The position numbers were made by a program, and so were the translations under genes. The notes beneath the pieces were generated by a model, which saw only the letters and a list, made by a program, of their open reading frames with translations, made no database searches and was not told the origin of the DNA. From positions 20,497 through 84,496 of the forward strand of contig JBEKDR010000003.1 of NCBI GenBank assembly GCA_050014255.1: 64,000 nucleotides of DNA, read 5' to 3'. This DNA comes from Bacteroidales bacterium. GTDB taxonomy: Bacteria; Bacteroidota; Bacteroidia; Bacteroidales; VadinHA17. This document shows positions 28,190 to 38,581 of the stretch, in pieces (the stretch's first letter is position 1; each line of letters begins with the position of its first letter).

Positions 28190-28759
28190 CTAATTCCTTA
28201 TAATTTTAATTGTACCGTCAGGATTTACTTTGATGACCGGGGACGCAATACTGTTGCTCCGGTCATTCTGACGGTAATTGACAACAAAATCAACTTTTTC
28301 AATCAGAGTCTTTTCGATTTCTTTGAAATTAGCCGGAGAGGGACTTCCGCTGGAATTAGCTGAAGTAGAAACAATCGGTTTACGAAACCGGGTTATCAGT
28401 TCGCTGCAGAATTCATCATGGCAGATTCTAATTGCAATTGAATTATCCTTACCGCAAACCCCTTCTGCAAGATTTTTCCCTTTCGGGTAGATAATCGTAA
28501 GTGGACTATCAGAAACACCGGCGAGTTCGAATACTATCTCCGGGCAATCTCCAACATACCGCTCAATCATAGACAATCCGTCAACAAGAATAATAAGACT
28601 TTTACTCTCATCTCTTGCTTTGATCTTAAAAATCTTGCTGACTGCGGTTTCATTCGTCGGATCACAACCCAGACCCCAGATAGTATCAGTCGGATAGAGT
28701 ATAATGCCTCCTTGTCTTAGGGTTTTCAAAGACTCTTTTATATCTTCTTCGTAAGTCAT
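28190..28759 (-). CDS. tsaC: L-threonylcarbamoyladenylate synthase (TsaC/YrdC family)
   Basis: 189 aa. ILYPTDTIWGLGCD and VSTSANSSGSP motifs. Confidence 0.85.
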   Translation of the reverse strand: MTYEEDIKESLKTLRQGGIILYPTDTIWGLGCDPTNETAVSKIFKIKARDESKSLIILVDGLSMIERYVGDCPEIVFELAGVSDSPLTIIYPKGKNLAEGVCGKDNSIAIRICHDEFCSELITRFRKPIVSTSANSSGSPSPANFKEIEKTLIEKVDFVVNYRQNDRSNSIASPVIKVNPDGTIKIIRN

Positions 28760-28769
28760 TCAAAAGAAG

Positions 28770-29534
28770 TTATCGCCCAACGCCATTTTTGTTCAGAAGT
28801 CGAAGCTTCTTGTATTTATTGAAAGTGGATTTTGCATACATTGAGCAGATAAGGTATCCGTTGCGACCATCAAGGAAACCTCTGTGTATTATATATGATC
28901 TGAAAAATCCCCAGATAAAATGAATATATGGAGTGAACAGATTGGTCTTTCTTCCTGCTTTGTAAAACTCCTCAGCTCCAATCACTGAATACCTGTCCAT
29001 TTTATCTATATGATCCTGCAGTGAAAGAAAAGGCCAGTGGAGCAAGTCCCCTTTCAGTTTTCCAATTGAAGCTCCATTTGACATTAAAAATTTCTCATGA
29101 AGATTTAATTTTCCCCATTTACCATGATCAGAATAGAAAAGTCTAAGCTGCCTGTCAGGGTACCATTCTGAATAATGGATCCATTTCCCGCAATAGTTGC
29201 TTCTTCTGTTAAAGAGGTACCCATCATATTCCCATTTATCTTTAATAGAGATTATCGATTTCCTGAGCTGGTCGCTTAAAGCCTCATCAGCATCAAGGGA
29301 AAGAATATTTTTATGAGTAGCAAGTTTCAGAGCAAAATTCTTCTGATCGCGGAATCCTTCAAATTCATGTTGTATAAATCTTACATTATGTCTATTACAG
29401 ATCTCTTCAGTTGAATCTGTGGAGAATGAATCAACTACAATAATCTCATCAGCAATCCCATCCAGTGAAGCAAGACATTTATCGATAAACAACTCTTCAT
29501 TATAAGTTATGATTACGGCAGATATTTTAGGCAT
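28770..29534 (-). CDS. Family 2 glycosyltransferase
   Basis: ISAVIITYNEE start, DSFSTD, and LSLDADE (DxD-type) motif. Confidence 0.8.
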   Translation of the reverse strand: MPKISAVIITYNEELFIDKCLASLDGIADEIIVVDSFSTDSTEEICNRHNVRFIQHEFEGFRDQKNFALKLATHKNILSLDADEALSDQLRKSIISIKDKWEYDGYLFNRRSNYCGKWIHYSEWYPDRQLRLFYSDHGKWGKLNLHEKFLMSNGASIGKLKGDLLHWPFLSLQDHIDKMDRYSVIGAEEFYKAGRKTNLFTPYIHFIWGFFRSYIIHRGFLDGRNGYLICSMYAKSTFNKYKKLRLLNKNGVGR

Positions 29535-29735
29535 ATATTAACGTTAGTTAGGATTGTGCTCAAATTTAACACAAAATCAATAATTAGCAATTTTTAAAAC
29601 AAGGTATTTTTCTATTTAAATCAATTAACTTTAGTTCTTGACACGTTTCTAAAACATCCTTATCGCAAATATCATGCCGGGATATCATGCTCTCTAAGCG
29701 CCTCATTGAGAGAAGTTTTCTTATCCTTAGATTCT

Positions 29736-30968
29736 TTACCATTTGAGGTTTCCAAGTCTTTTCATAGCGTTCAGCACGTTTTCATGTGTGGCGAATGAAG
29801 AAAACCTGAAGTACCCTTCGCCGGAGGGGCCAAAGCCTGATCCGGGAGTACCAACCACATAGGCTTCATGCAGCAGTTTATCAAACAGGTCCCAGGATTT
29901 AATCTGCCGGCCTGAATTTACCCATACATACGGGGCATTGATGCCGCCGAAGACCTGAAAGCCCAGTTTGGCAAGACTTTCACGCAGGATTTTAGCATTA
30001 TTCATATAGTAACTGATGGTAGCCCTCACTTCTTTTTTTCCTTCAGATGTAAAGATAGCTGCGGCTGCTTTCTGCACAGGGTACGATACCCCGTTGAATT
30101 TTGTAGTATGTCTTCTGAACCAGAGAGGGTACAGGGGTTTTTCTGATCCATCGGAACATGAAGCAACAAGATTCTTAGGGATAACCGTATAGGCACAGCG
30201 GGTTCCTGTAAATCCTGCCGTTTTTGAAAAACTGCGGAATTCAATAGCTACTTCTTTGGCTCCTTCAATTTCATATATGGAATGAGGAATTTCGGGATCA
30301 GAAATATAAGCCTCATATGCTGAATCGTAAAGTATGATGGCTTTATTTTTAATTGCATAATCGACCCATTTTTTTAACTCCGGTTTGCCAGCTGTTGTCC
30401 CTGTGGGATTGTTAGGATAACAGAGGAAGACTATATCCACTTTCTTTTTCGGAATTTCGGGGATAAAGCCATTTTCAGCGTTACAGGGCAGGTATACAAG
30501 ACCGTCGTAGTACCCGTTTCCCAGATACTCGCCGGTCCGGCCTGCCATCACACTTGTGTCGACATATACCGGATAAACAGGATCCTGCATGGCAATGACA
30601 TTATTTAGTCCAAAGATCTCCAGAATATTGCCAGTATCACATTTTGAACCGTCCGAAACGAAAATCTCGTCAGCATGTATATCAGCACCGCGATCCTGGT
30701 AGTCGTTTTTTGCAATAGCTTCGCGCAGAAAATCATACCCTTGTTCGGGCCCGTATCCTTTAAAAGTTTCGGCTTTCGACATTTCTTCAACACCCTCATG
30801 AAAAGCACGGATAATAGAAGGTGTAAGCGGCTGCGTTACATCTCCAATCCCCATTTTGATTATGCCGGCCTGTGGATGCTCTTTCTGAAATTCACGAACC
30901 CGCCGTCCAATTTCAGGGAATAGATAACCAGCCTGAAGTTTAAAATAATTATCGTTAATCTGCGCCAT
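29736..30968 (-). CDS. dapL: LL-diaminopimelate aminotransferase (DapL)
   Basis: [24 protein letters not shown] is the typical DapL N-terminus. Aminotransferase Lys context [13 protein letters not shown]. The start is set at ATG 30968, because the track start at 31085 would overlap lysA. Confidence 0.88.
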   Translation of the reverse strand: MAQINDNYFKLQAGYLFPEIGRRVREFQKEHPQAGIIKMGIGDVTQPLTPSIIRAFHEGVEEMSKAETFKGYGPEQGYDFLREAIAKNDYQDRGADIHADEIFVSDGSKCDTGNILEIFGLNNVIAMQDPVYPVYVDTSVMAGRTGEYLGNGYYDGLVYLPCNAENGFIPEIPKKKVDIVFLCYPNNPTGTTAGKPELKKWVDYAIKNKAIILYDSAYEAYISDPEIPHSIYEIEGAKEVAIEFRSFSKTAGFTGTRCAYTVIPKNLVASCSDGSEKPLYPLWFRRHTTKFNGVSYPVQKAAAAIFTSEGKKEVRATISYYMNNAKILRESLAKLGFQVFGGINAPYVWVNSGRQIKSWDLFDKLLHEAYVVGTPGSGFGPSGEGYFRFSSFATHENVLNAMKRLGNLKW

Positions 30969-31019
30969 TTTGTATATTTTAGCCGCAAATATATTAAAGT
31001 TACTTTTCATCCTAAAACA

Positions 31020-32276
31020 ATGAATTATATTTATTCCAAAGTAAGCAGCGAAAAGAAGTTTTTTGGAAACACCAACCCGATTCAACTATCGGAAAAATAC
31101 GAAACTCCTCTCTATGTGTATAACGAAAATATTCTACGCAAACGATGTCGTGATCTTAAAGGACTTATTTCCTATTCAAATTTCACGGTCAACTATTCTC
31201 TCAAGGCAAACAGTAACCTCGAACTCATTAAGATTGTACGGAGTGAAGGATTACGGGTGGACGCCATGTCGCCCGGCGAAATATATTTAAATACGCTGGC
31301 GGGGTACAAACCAGAAGAAATTTTATACATCAGCAATAATGTAAGTGAAGATGAATTTAGCTATGCCATTCATGCCGGGGTAAAGATTTCCGTCGATTCT
31401 GTTTCGCAGCTGGAGATGTTTGGTAAGATCAACCCGGGAGGCAGGGTGGCATTCAGGGTGAATCCGGGTGTTGGGGCGGGGCATCATGAAAAGGTGAGGA
31501 CAGCCGGGCAAAAGACAAAGTTTGGCATCGAGATGAACAGTATCCCTGAGGTTAAAAGAATCATCAAGGAATATAACCTTAAACTAATCGGGATTAACCA
31601 GCACATCGGTTCACTTTTTATGGACAGTGAAGCCTATCTGGAGAGTACCGGCAATATACTTTCCATAGCCAGGCAATTCGACGACCTGGAGTTTATCGAC
31701 CTGGGGGGCGGATTTGGGATTCCATACAAAAAACAGTCCAATCAACCCAGACTCAACCTGAAAGAGTTGGGGGGGAAACTTTCGGAGGTTATTCATTCAT
31801 GGGTAATAGAATATGGAAAAGATATCGAATTCAAGATTGAACCCGGACGGTATATAGTAGCCGAATCAAGTATATTGCTGGGGAAAGTAAATGCAATTAA
31901 AACGAATTACAACATTAAATATATTGGCACAGACCTGGGTTTTAATGTGCTTATACGTCCTGTTCTGTACGACTCACATCACGATATTGAAATATACCGG
32001 GGAAATGCCACTCCTTCATTAAAAGAGGAAACCGTGAGTATCGTGGGGAATATCTGTGAAACAGGCGATATAATTGCAAAAGACAGAAAACTCCCTGAAA
32101 TTATTGAGAATGACATTCTTGGTGTGCTGGATAGCGGAGCTTATGGATATTCAATGAGCTCGAATTATAACAGTCGACTGCGTCCGGCCGAAGTCCTGAT
32201 AGAGGCCGATGGCAATCCCCGGCTAATACGCAGAAGAGACACGCTTGATGACCTCGTCAGAAATTTTATACTTTAG
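31020..32276 (+). CDS. lysA: Diaminopimelate decarboxylase
   Basis: [22 protein letters not shown] (PLP Lys), [10 protein letters not shown] and GNICETGD. Confidence 0.92.
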   Translation: MNYIYSKVSSEKKFFGNTNPIQLSEKYETPLYVYNENILRKRCRDLKGLISYSNFTVNYSLKANSNLELIKIVRSEGLRVDAMSPGEIYLNTLAGYKPEEILYISNNVSEDEFSYAIHAGVKISVDSVSQLEMFGKINPGGRVAFRVNPGVGAGHHEKVRTAGQKTKFGIEMNSIPEVKRIIKEYNLKLIGINQHIGSLFMDSEAYLESTGNILSIARQFDDLEFIDLGGGFGIPYKKQSNQPRLNLKELGGKLSEVIHSWVIEYGKDIEFKIEPGRYIVAESSILLGKVNAIKTNYNIKYIGTDLGFNVLIRPVLYDSHHDIEIYRGNATPSLKEETVSIVGNICETGDIIAKDRKLPEIIENDILGVLDSGAYGYSMSSNYNSRLRPAEVLIEADGNPRLIRRRDTLDDLVRNFIL

Positions 32277-32299
32277 TAGCCCGACTATATCAGTTAACG

Positions 32300-33178
32300 A
32301 TGGAGAAAAACAGTTTTGTTAAGATGCATGGACTAGGCAATGAGTACATTGTCCTGGAGAGCACAAAAATAGATTTCCAACTCACAAAGCAGGCTATAAT
32401 GCGTTTGTGCAATATCCATTTCGGGATTGGCTCCGATGGCATTGTTATGATGGTTCCGTCGACAAAAGCTGATTTTGGTTTCAGGGTTTATAATCCGGAT
32501 GGTTCGGAAGCAGAAAAAAGCGGTAACGGGCTTCGTATTTTATGCAAGTATCTTTATGATTATGGCCATGCAAAAACCCGACAATTTTCCCTGGAAACTA
32601 TGACCGATATTGTTTATGCCGATATCGTTAAAGAAGAAAAAGGAAAAGCAATGCTGGTTCGGCTGGAGATGGGGAAAGCAATCTTTGCATCGCGCGATAT
32701 ACCGGTCAATTCGGATCAACCGGAATTCATCGGGCAAAAAATAATGGCTGGCGATAAGGAATTTGAAGTGAATTGTGTGTCAGTAGGCAATCCGCATTGT
32801 GTTGTTATTAAACAGGAACTGGATGAGAACGAGATCCGCACCTATGGTCCTTTACTGGAAAATCATCCATTGTTTCCCAACCGAATCAATGTACAATTTG
32901 CCAGGGTCCTTTCCGATCACGATGCACAGATTCTGATCTGGGAACGGGGAGCTGGCTACACCCTGGCATCCGGCAGCTCATCCTGTGCAGCATCATGCAT
33001 ACTTGTTAAAAGAGGTCTGATCAAAGGCGATCTTACAATGCATATGCAGGGGGGAACGCTGAAAATACAAATAGATAAGAACTGGAACATCCGAATGACT
33101 GGCGAAGTACGTGAAATCGCCAGAGGAGTGCTGAGTGGGGAGTTGATTGAAGATCTGAACAAACCTTTCACATGTTGA
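32300..33178 (+). CDS. dapF: Diaminopimelate epimerase
   Basis: MHGLGNEYIV, the two catalytic-Cys contexts GNPHCVV and SGSSSCA, and ERGAGYTLASG. Confidence 0.9.
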   Translation: MEKNSFVKMHGLGNEYIVLESTKIDFQLTKQAIMRLCNIHFGIGSDGIVMMVPSTKADFGFRVYNPDGSEAEKSGNGLRILCKYLYDYGHAKTRQFSLETMTDIVYADIVKEEKGKAMLVRLEMGKAIFASRDIPVNSDQPEFIGQKIMAGDKEFEVNCVSVGNPHCVVIKQELDENEIRTYGPLLENHPLFPNRINVQFARVLSDHDAQILIWERGAGYTLASGSSSCAASCILVKRGLIKGDLTMHMQGGTLKIQIDKNWNIRMTGEVREIARGVLSGELIEDLNKPFTC

Positions 33179-33289
33179 AACAATAAGGTAAGAAGTGATC
33201 TGACTAAAACTATGTAAAACAATGTATATTAATGCGATACAAATTTAGAATTTTTTAATGACCGGAATTGTATTTGTTTTGCTTTTCTG

Positions 33290-33320
33290 TTTGGTAGTAA
33301 TTAAATGTGTCCTATATTTG
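33290..33320 (+). promoter_or_regulatory. Candidate Bacteroidota sigma-A promoter (TTTG-N19-TAnnTTTG) for the 33399-hppA unit
   Basis: TTTG at 33290-33293, a 19-nt spacer, then TATATTTG at 33313-33320. It lies about 80 nt upstream of ATG 33399. Confidence 0.45.
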
Positions 33321-33398
33321 TAGCTTCCGTACGTTTGTTTTTATCCTCACTTTGGTATACTGAATTGTTGTGATTTGATTTGTATTAATAATTAACCT

Positions 33399-34163
33399 AT
33401 GAATAAATTTATTTATTTAACAGCAACTCCTGAAGCATTGATTGCTTCTATGCTGCCACCGGTAGAGTTTGGTTCATACCTGTCAACCGGCACAAAAAAA
33501 AGAAATAGAGGTCAGGCAATTTTCTTTGAGGTTGACCTTGCAAAGATTGAAAACTTGATTGATATGGATAGTCTTAACAAGCGATGTGTTGCCAAAGACG
33601 ACGGCAAACGTAAAAGCTCTGTCTATCTTTCAGTTTACAAAACACTGGAAATGATACCATTATCAGCTCTCATGAGTCTGTATCTTACAACCGATAACGG
33701 AAATACGCTGGAATTGAAAAAAGTAGCTTATGATAATTCAGGAGAAATTAAGGGTAAGCTTCATCTTTTTCAGGAGTTATGCCCTGTTACGCCATTGGTT
33801 GCCAGTGAATTAACTCCTTCTGCGTTCCTTAAAAGGCTTACAGACGGATCAACTCCCATTGTTCTTCCAAAACTGTTTTTTGTTAATCTGAAACTGGGAG
33901 AACTGGCAACAAATCCTCTTTCAGGTTCTGTTGAGAATTTGCCCTATTCAAACATAGGTCACCTCAGAGATTGTCTGGAAATTTTAAAAGGCGAATATGA
34001 AAAACACATGAAGACAGTTCAGCGGGTTTATTCAGGTTCGCTTCTCTACAGAACAATCGAAACCGGTTTCTATGTTGGTGCGAAGGACGAGATCCTTTAT
34101 TATCCATATCCGAGTCTGGCAGAGTTGGAAAACATTAATTATGAATTTTTTAGGTCTATATAG
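33399..34163 (+). CDS. Hypothetical cytoplasmic protein of unrecognised family, probably co-transcribed with hppA
   Basis: Clean 254-aa ORF with no TM segment or signal peptide. There is a 28-nt gap to hppA. I recognise no motif. Confidence 0.5.
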   Translation: MNKFIYLTATPEALIASMLPPVEFGSYLSTGTKKRNRGQAIFFEVDLAKIENLIDMDSLNKRCVAKDDGKRKSSVYLSVYKTLEMIPLSALMSLYLTTDNGNTLELKKVAYDNSGEIKGKLHLFQELCPVTPLVASELTPSAFLKRLTDGSTPIVLPKLFFVNLKLGELATNPLSGSVENLPYSNIGHLRDCLEILKGEYEKHMKTVQRVYSGSLLYRTIETGFYVGAKDEILYYPYPSLAELENINYEFFRSI

Positions 34164-34191
34164 TATTAATCTTTTTAATTGAATATTTATT

Positions 34192-36471
34192 ATGGTGAGT
34201 TTACCGGGGGCAACCCCTTTTGAAGTAGTCGCAATCCACACGGTTCTGCTTATTGCATTTTTCGGGCTTGCTTATGCTATCTTTTTACGCCGGCAGGTTA
34301 TGGCCTGTGATAAGGGAACAGAAAAAATGCAGGATGTATGGGATGGGATACGTCTTGGTGCAAATGCTTATCTGAAAAGACAGTTAAAGACAATTATTCC
34401 TCTCATTTTTGTATTTACCGTTATTCTTTTTCTGTCGGTTTACGTTGTTCCTCCGACTGATGAGTCGAAACTGCGTTTTGTAGGTTATTCAGATGAATCT
34501 CTGAAGCTGGTCATTGGCTTTGGCCGGGCAATAGCATTCATTATGGGTTCCCTGTTTTCGCTTATGGTGGGTCAGTTTGGTATGAGGATGGCTGTTCAGG
34601 CTAATGTCAGGGTAGCTTCAGCCTCACGAAGAAGTTTTGGCGAAGCGCTGAAAATAGCATACCGTGCCGGTACTGTTACCGGGATGCTTACAGATGGTCT
34701 CGGGTTGCTAGGTGGCACGATGATCTTTATTATTTTTGGCGTAGCATCACCTGATACACTTCTTGGATTCGGTTTTGGTGGAACATTGCTGGCGCTCTTT
34801 ATGAGGGTCGGCGGGGGTATCTATACAAAAGCTGCCGATGTGGGAGCTGACCTTGTCGGAAAAGTAGAGGCAGGGCTTCCTGAGGATGATGAACGAAATG
34901 CTGCTGTTATTGCTGACCTGGTTGGAGATAACGTCGGTGACTGTGCTGGTATGGCTGCAGACATTTTTGAATCATATGAAGTCACAATTGTTTCGACATT
35001 AATCCTGGGTGTGGTTCTGTTCACTCAGACACACCAGCTTTCATGGATCATTTTTCCGTTACTCGTCAGAGGTATAGGGGTTCTCTCATCAATAATCGGC
35101 ACTTACCTGGTTAAAGGAGGCAAGCAAGACAAAGGCAATAATGCCCTTAAATCAATCAATAAAGGTTTCTATTCCTCGGCTGCGATAAGCATTGCCGCAT
35201 TCGGAATTCTCTCTTTTTTCTATCTCCATGACTGGCGCTCATTTCTTTCTGTTGTTGTAGGGATTATACTTGCGATTGTACTTGATGAAATAACAAAACA
35301 TTTCACCGACGGTAATTATCATCCGGTTAAAGATATAGCAAAGAACTCAAAAACAGGGTCCGCCACGCTGATACTCAAGGGGCTTAGCTATGGATTTGAG
35401 ATTGCAGTTTGGCAGACAATCGTAATTGCTGTCACAATTTTTGCTTCAGTGATGATCTATTACGGACAACCTATTGTATTTGTCCTGTATGGTGTTGCTA
35501 TGACCGGTATCGGAATGCTTACACTCACTGGCAATAACGTAGCGATGGATGCTTTCGGACCTATTGCAGACAACGCAAACGGTATTGGTGAACTATCACA
35601 TCTCGATAAAGATGCACGCAAAATAATGGATTCTCTCGATGCAACGGGCAACACAACAAAGGCTATTACTAAAGGTGTGGCAATTGGTTCTGCAGTAATT
35701 GCTGCAGTTGCATTATTCGGATCCTTTATTACCGATGTTAGTAAAGTTCAGATTCAGATGGGATTTGATAAAGCATCCCAGCTGATTGAGACAGGAATAC
35801 GTATATCAGTTCCAATGGTTTTTATTGGTTTACTTATTGGCGGAACAATTCCATTCCTGTTCTCATCTCTTACAATCAACGCAGTAACACGTGCTGCAGC
35901 TCAAATAGTTGAAGAGGTTCGGCGTCAGTTCAGAATACCCGGTATTATTGAACGTACTGTAAAACCTGATTATCAGAGAGCAGTTGATATTTGCACCATA
36001 TCGGCTCAAAAAGAACTTATCCCACTGGCATTGATCTCAGTATTATCTCCGATTCTTATAGGAGCTTTACTTGGTGTTGAAGCTTTAGGAGGTTTCCTTG
36101 CAGGAGTTATTCTATCGGGACAGCTCCTTGCAGTTTTCATGGCAGGTGCCGGTGGTGCCTGGGATAATGCAAAAAAGACTATCGAGGACGGACTCTATGG
36201 TGGCAAAGGCTCTGATGCTCATCATGCAGCCGTGGTAGGTGATACAGTTGGTGATCCTCTTAAAGATACAGCAGGTCCTGCACTTAACCCGATGATTAAA
36301 GTTATAAACCTGGTCTCACTTCTTGCTGCTCCTGTAATCATTGCATACCAGAAACCCGGACATGCATCGATGGGTATGTTTATCGCCGGCGTATTCTGCC
36401 TTGCAATTATAATTGGGGCAATTACATTCTCCAAGAGAGGCGGATTTAAAAAAGAAGTTTTCGTACCATAA
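34192..36471 (+). CDS. hppA: Membrane-integral proton-translocating pyrophosphatase (predicted K+-independent type)
   Basis: GDNVGDCAGMAADIFESYEV, DATGNTTKAITKG (Lys at the K+-dependence position) and VGDTVGDPLKDTAGPALN. 759 aa, polytopic. Confidence 0.95.
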   Translation: MVSLPGATPFEVVAIHTVLLIAFFGLAYAIFLRRQVMACDKGTEKMQDVWDGIRLGANAYLKRQLKTIIPLIFVFTVILFLSVYVVPPTDESKLRFVGYSDESLKLVIGFGRAIAFIMGSLFSLMVGQFGMRMAVQANVRVASASRRSFGEALKIAYRAGTVTGMLTDGLGLLGGTMIFIIFGVASPDTLLGFGFGGTLLALFMRVGGGIYTKAADVGADLVGKVEAGLPEDDERNAAVIADLVGDNVGDCAGMAADIFESYEVTIVSTLILGVVLFTQTHQLSWIIFPLLVRGIGVLSSIIGTYLVKGGKQDKGNNALKSINKGFYSSAAISIAAFGILSFFYLHDWRSFLSVVVGIILAIVLDEITKHFTDGNYHPVKDIAKNSKTGSATLILKGLSYGFEIAVWQTIVIAVTIFASVMIYYGQPIVFVLYGVAMTGIGMLTLTGNNVAMDAFGPIADNANGIGELSHLDKDARKIMDSLDATGNTTKAITKGVAIGSAVIAAVALFGSFITDVSKVQIQMGFDKASQLIETGIRISVPMVFIGLLIGGTIPFLFSSLTINAVTRAAAQIVEEVRRQFRIPGIIERTVKPDYQRAVDICTISAQKELIPLALISVLSPILIGALLGVEALGGFLAGVILSGQLLAVFMAGAGGAWDNAKKTIEDGLYGGKGSDAHHAAVVGDTVGDPLKDTAGPALNPMIKVINLVSLLAAPVIIAYQKPGHASMGMFIAGVFCLAIIIGAITFSKRGGFKKEVFVP

Positions 36472-36518
36472 AGTTTTAGTTTAAACCGGGAAGATTAAAC
36501 AATAAGATTTTTTTGATG

Positions 36519-36543
36519 TAGAGACAGGTCCGAGACCTGTCTC
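36519..36543. terminator. Perfect 11-bp stem / 3-nt loop hairpin between convergent hppA and exbD
   Basis: AGAGACAGGTC-CGA-GACCTGTCTCT. No U-tract follows it on either strand, so the terminator function is inferred. Confidence 0.45.
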
Positions 36544-36560
36544 TGCTATTATTGAAATGT

Positions 36561-36965
36561 TTAAGAACCAGGAGTTTTATTGGTGGCCATCACCATTTTT
36601 ACTTTTAATCGGGTACCAATTTCAAGAAGATCAGCAAGATCCTGTACCGTCAGTGTATATTCCATCCTGAGAATAATAGTTGGTTCCTGAAGAGCACTGA
36701 TCCTGGCTTTTAAAAGCGGTTCTATATCTTCGAAGTTAATCTGATGGCTATCAATGTAGTATTTTTTATCTTTTGTGACCGAAATCGATATCTGTTGCTT
36801 ACTTAGATTCTGGGCTGATTTTGAGTTAGGTAATAATAGCTTGATTACATTTGGATTAGCCAGGGATGAAACAATCAGGAAGAACAAAAGCAGGAAAAAC
36901 ATAATATCATTCAGAGATGAAGTGCTGACCTCCGCCTTAAATTGTCTTTTTCTCTTAATAATCAT
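36561..36965 (-). CDS. exbD: ExbD/TolR family biopolymer transport protein (copy 1)
   Basis: 134 aa. LNDIMFFLLLFFLIVS TM segment and the typical ExbD periplasmic domain. Confidence 0.85.
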   Translation of the reverse strand: MIIKRKRQFKAEVSTSSLNDIMFFLLLFFLIVSSLANPNVIKLLLPNSKSAQNLSKQQISISVTKDKKYYIDSHQINFEDIEPLLKARISALQEPTIILRMEYTLTVQDLADLLEIGTRLKVKMVMATNKTPGS

Positions 36966-36966
36966 T

Positions 36967-37629
36967 TTATAATGCTTTTACAACCTCATTAACCTGTCTT
37001 TGCATATTTATTGAATAACGATCTATCATCATCTGCAAATAATGATAACAGCTATACGCTATTACTCCTACAATTAATCCAGTACCGCTGCAGATCATCT
37101 TCTGGTATAATCCTCCGGCTATGATACCAATACTTATATTATCAGCCAGCGATATGTTATAGAAGATCTTAATTACACCGGCAATAGTCCCGATGAAACC
37201 GAGCATAGGAGCGATTCCTGCAATAATACCAAGATATCCTGTGTTTTTTTCCATCTCAGAAATCTCGAGATTGGCTGTTGCTTCCATATAATTCTCAACA
37301 TCTTTCGGAGTTTTCCCTTCCTGGCTGAGTCCGCTCTCAAGGATTCTTCCCAGGGAAGTATCATTATTCCTCGAGTGTACCAATGCTTCTTCAGGTCTGT
37401 TGTTCCTGATCTCCTCTATAATATTATAGATAAGGTTTTCATCAACCACAGCACTTTTCCTGATAAAGAGAAATCTCTCTATGAAAAGATAGATGCTGAA
37501 TATCGACAGAAGAATGATGGGGATCATTATAAATCCGCCCTTCATAAGAAGTTCAGCCACATTATTAACTGAATTGGTGTCTCTTAAATGTGGCTGATCA
37601 ATTGCCAGTAAAATGTAAGTATAAAGCAT
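36967..37629 (-). CDS. exbB: MotA/TolQ/ExbB proton-channel family protein (copy 1)
   Basis: 220 aa. LGIIAGIAPMLGFIGTIAGVI and GGLYQKMICSGTGLIVGVIAY motifs. Confidence 0.85.
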   Translation of the reverse strand: MLYTYILLAIDQPHLRDTNSVNNVAELLMKGGFIMIPIILLSIFSIYLFIERFLFIRKSAVVDENLIYNIIEEIRNNRPEEALVHSRNNDTSLGRILESGLSQEGKTPKDVENYMEATANLEISEMEKNTGYLGIIAGIAPMLGFIGTIAGVIKIFYNISLADNISIGIIAGGLYQKMICSGTGLIVGVIAYSCYHYLQMMIDRYSINMQRQVNEVVKAL

Positions 37630-37662
37630 TTTTGTCCTTTTGTTTAGATGCCTAAGATATTA

Positions 37663-37688
37663 ATTGTTCATCGACCTGGATGAACAAT
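37663..37688. promoter_or_regulatory. Perfect 10-bp inverted repeat (ATTGTTCATC-N6-GATGAACAAT) in the divergent exbB/exbB intergenic region; candidate operator
   Basis: Read directly. It lies 34 nt upstream of the copy-1 exbB start. Confidence 0.4.
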
Positions 37689-37867
37689 AGTTTATAATAA
37701 ACAAATGTACAAACTCTTTAGGAAAAACCTGTGTTAACATTTAAATTTGGAATTTTTGTGGGATAACTGTAAATTCAAATCTTGATTCTAAAGCCAATTT
37801 TGGTGAGAGTGATAATTTTTCTGATAAGATTTCGTTTTGATTGATATAAATAATAATACAAACCAAC

Positions 37868-38581
37868 ATGACTGCACTCCTTTTGTATATTGCCCAGACT
37901 TTTGATACTCTGAATAAAACTGTCGCGGCTGCACCCGCGCTTCCCGTACAGCACGCCCCTGAAGCAACGAAAATGATAGATATCATTATGAAGGGTGGTG
38001 TTATTATGATACCAATAGCTTTGCTTTCCATAATAGCTGTTTATGTTTTTATAGAGCGTTATTTGACTATCAGAAGGCATATCAGTTCAGAAGTTGAGTT
38101 TATGAACAGCATACATGAATATATCCTGAATGGAAGAACTGATTCAGCTCTTACGCTATGCCGCAATACTGCCAAACCAATTGCCAGAATGATAGAGAAA
38201 GGGATTTCCCGGCTTGGGAAACCTATCAAAGAAATTGAAGAAGCCATTGAGATTGCCGGCAAATTTGAAGTATATGACCTGGAAAAAAACATAAATATAC
38301 TTGCTGTCATAGCAGGTATCGCTCCAATGTTCGGTTTTCTTGGAACAATAATCGGAGTAATAAAAATTTTCTTCAATATTTCAATGACCAGCGATGTCAG
38401 TATAGGAACGGTTTCAGCCGGTCTCTATACCAAAATGGTAAGCAGCGCGTCTGGTCTTATCGTAGGTATCATTGCTTATATCGGTTATCACTGGCTTAAT
38501 ATTATTTTAAATAAAGCTATCCACCAGCTTGAATGGAATGCAATGAATTTCATTGACCTGTTAAAAAGCCCGTCGAAATGA
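37868..38581 (+). CDS. exbB: MotA/TolQ/ExbB proton-channel family protein (copy 2)
   Basis: 237 aa. LAVIAGIAPMFGFLGTIIGVI and AGLYTKMVSSASGLIVGIIAY motifs, collinear with copy 1. Confidence 0.85.
   Translation: MTALLLYIAQTFDTLNKTVAAAPALPVQHAPEATKMIDIIMKGGVIMIPIALLSIIAVYVFIERYLTIRRHISSEVEFMNSIHEYILNGRTDSALTLCRNTAKPIARMIEKGISRLGKPIKEIEEAIEIAGKFEVYDLEKNINILAVIAGIAPMFGFLGTIIGVIKIFFNISMTSDVSIGTVSAGLYTKMVSSASGLIVGIIAYIGYHWLNIILNKAIHQLEWNAMNFIDLLKSPSK

Noticed and set aside
30969-31019. Lysine riboswitch (L-box) controlling the dapL/lysA-dapF cluster
   Set aside because: The divergent spacer is only 51 bp, which is far too short for an L-box aptamer. No such structure was seen.
30969-31085. Longer DapL N-terminus, from the track start at 31085
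   Set aside because: The extension ([17 protein letters not shown]...) has no DapL similarity and would overlap the lysA start by 66 nt. [20 protein letters not shown] at 30968 is the family's typical N-terminus.
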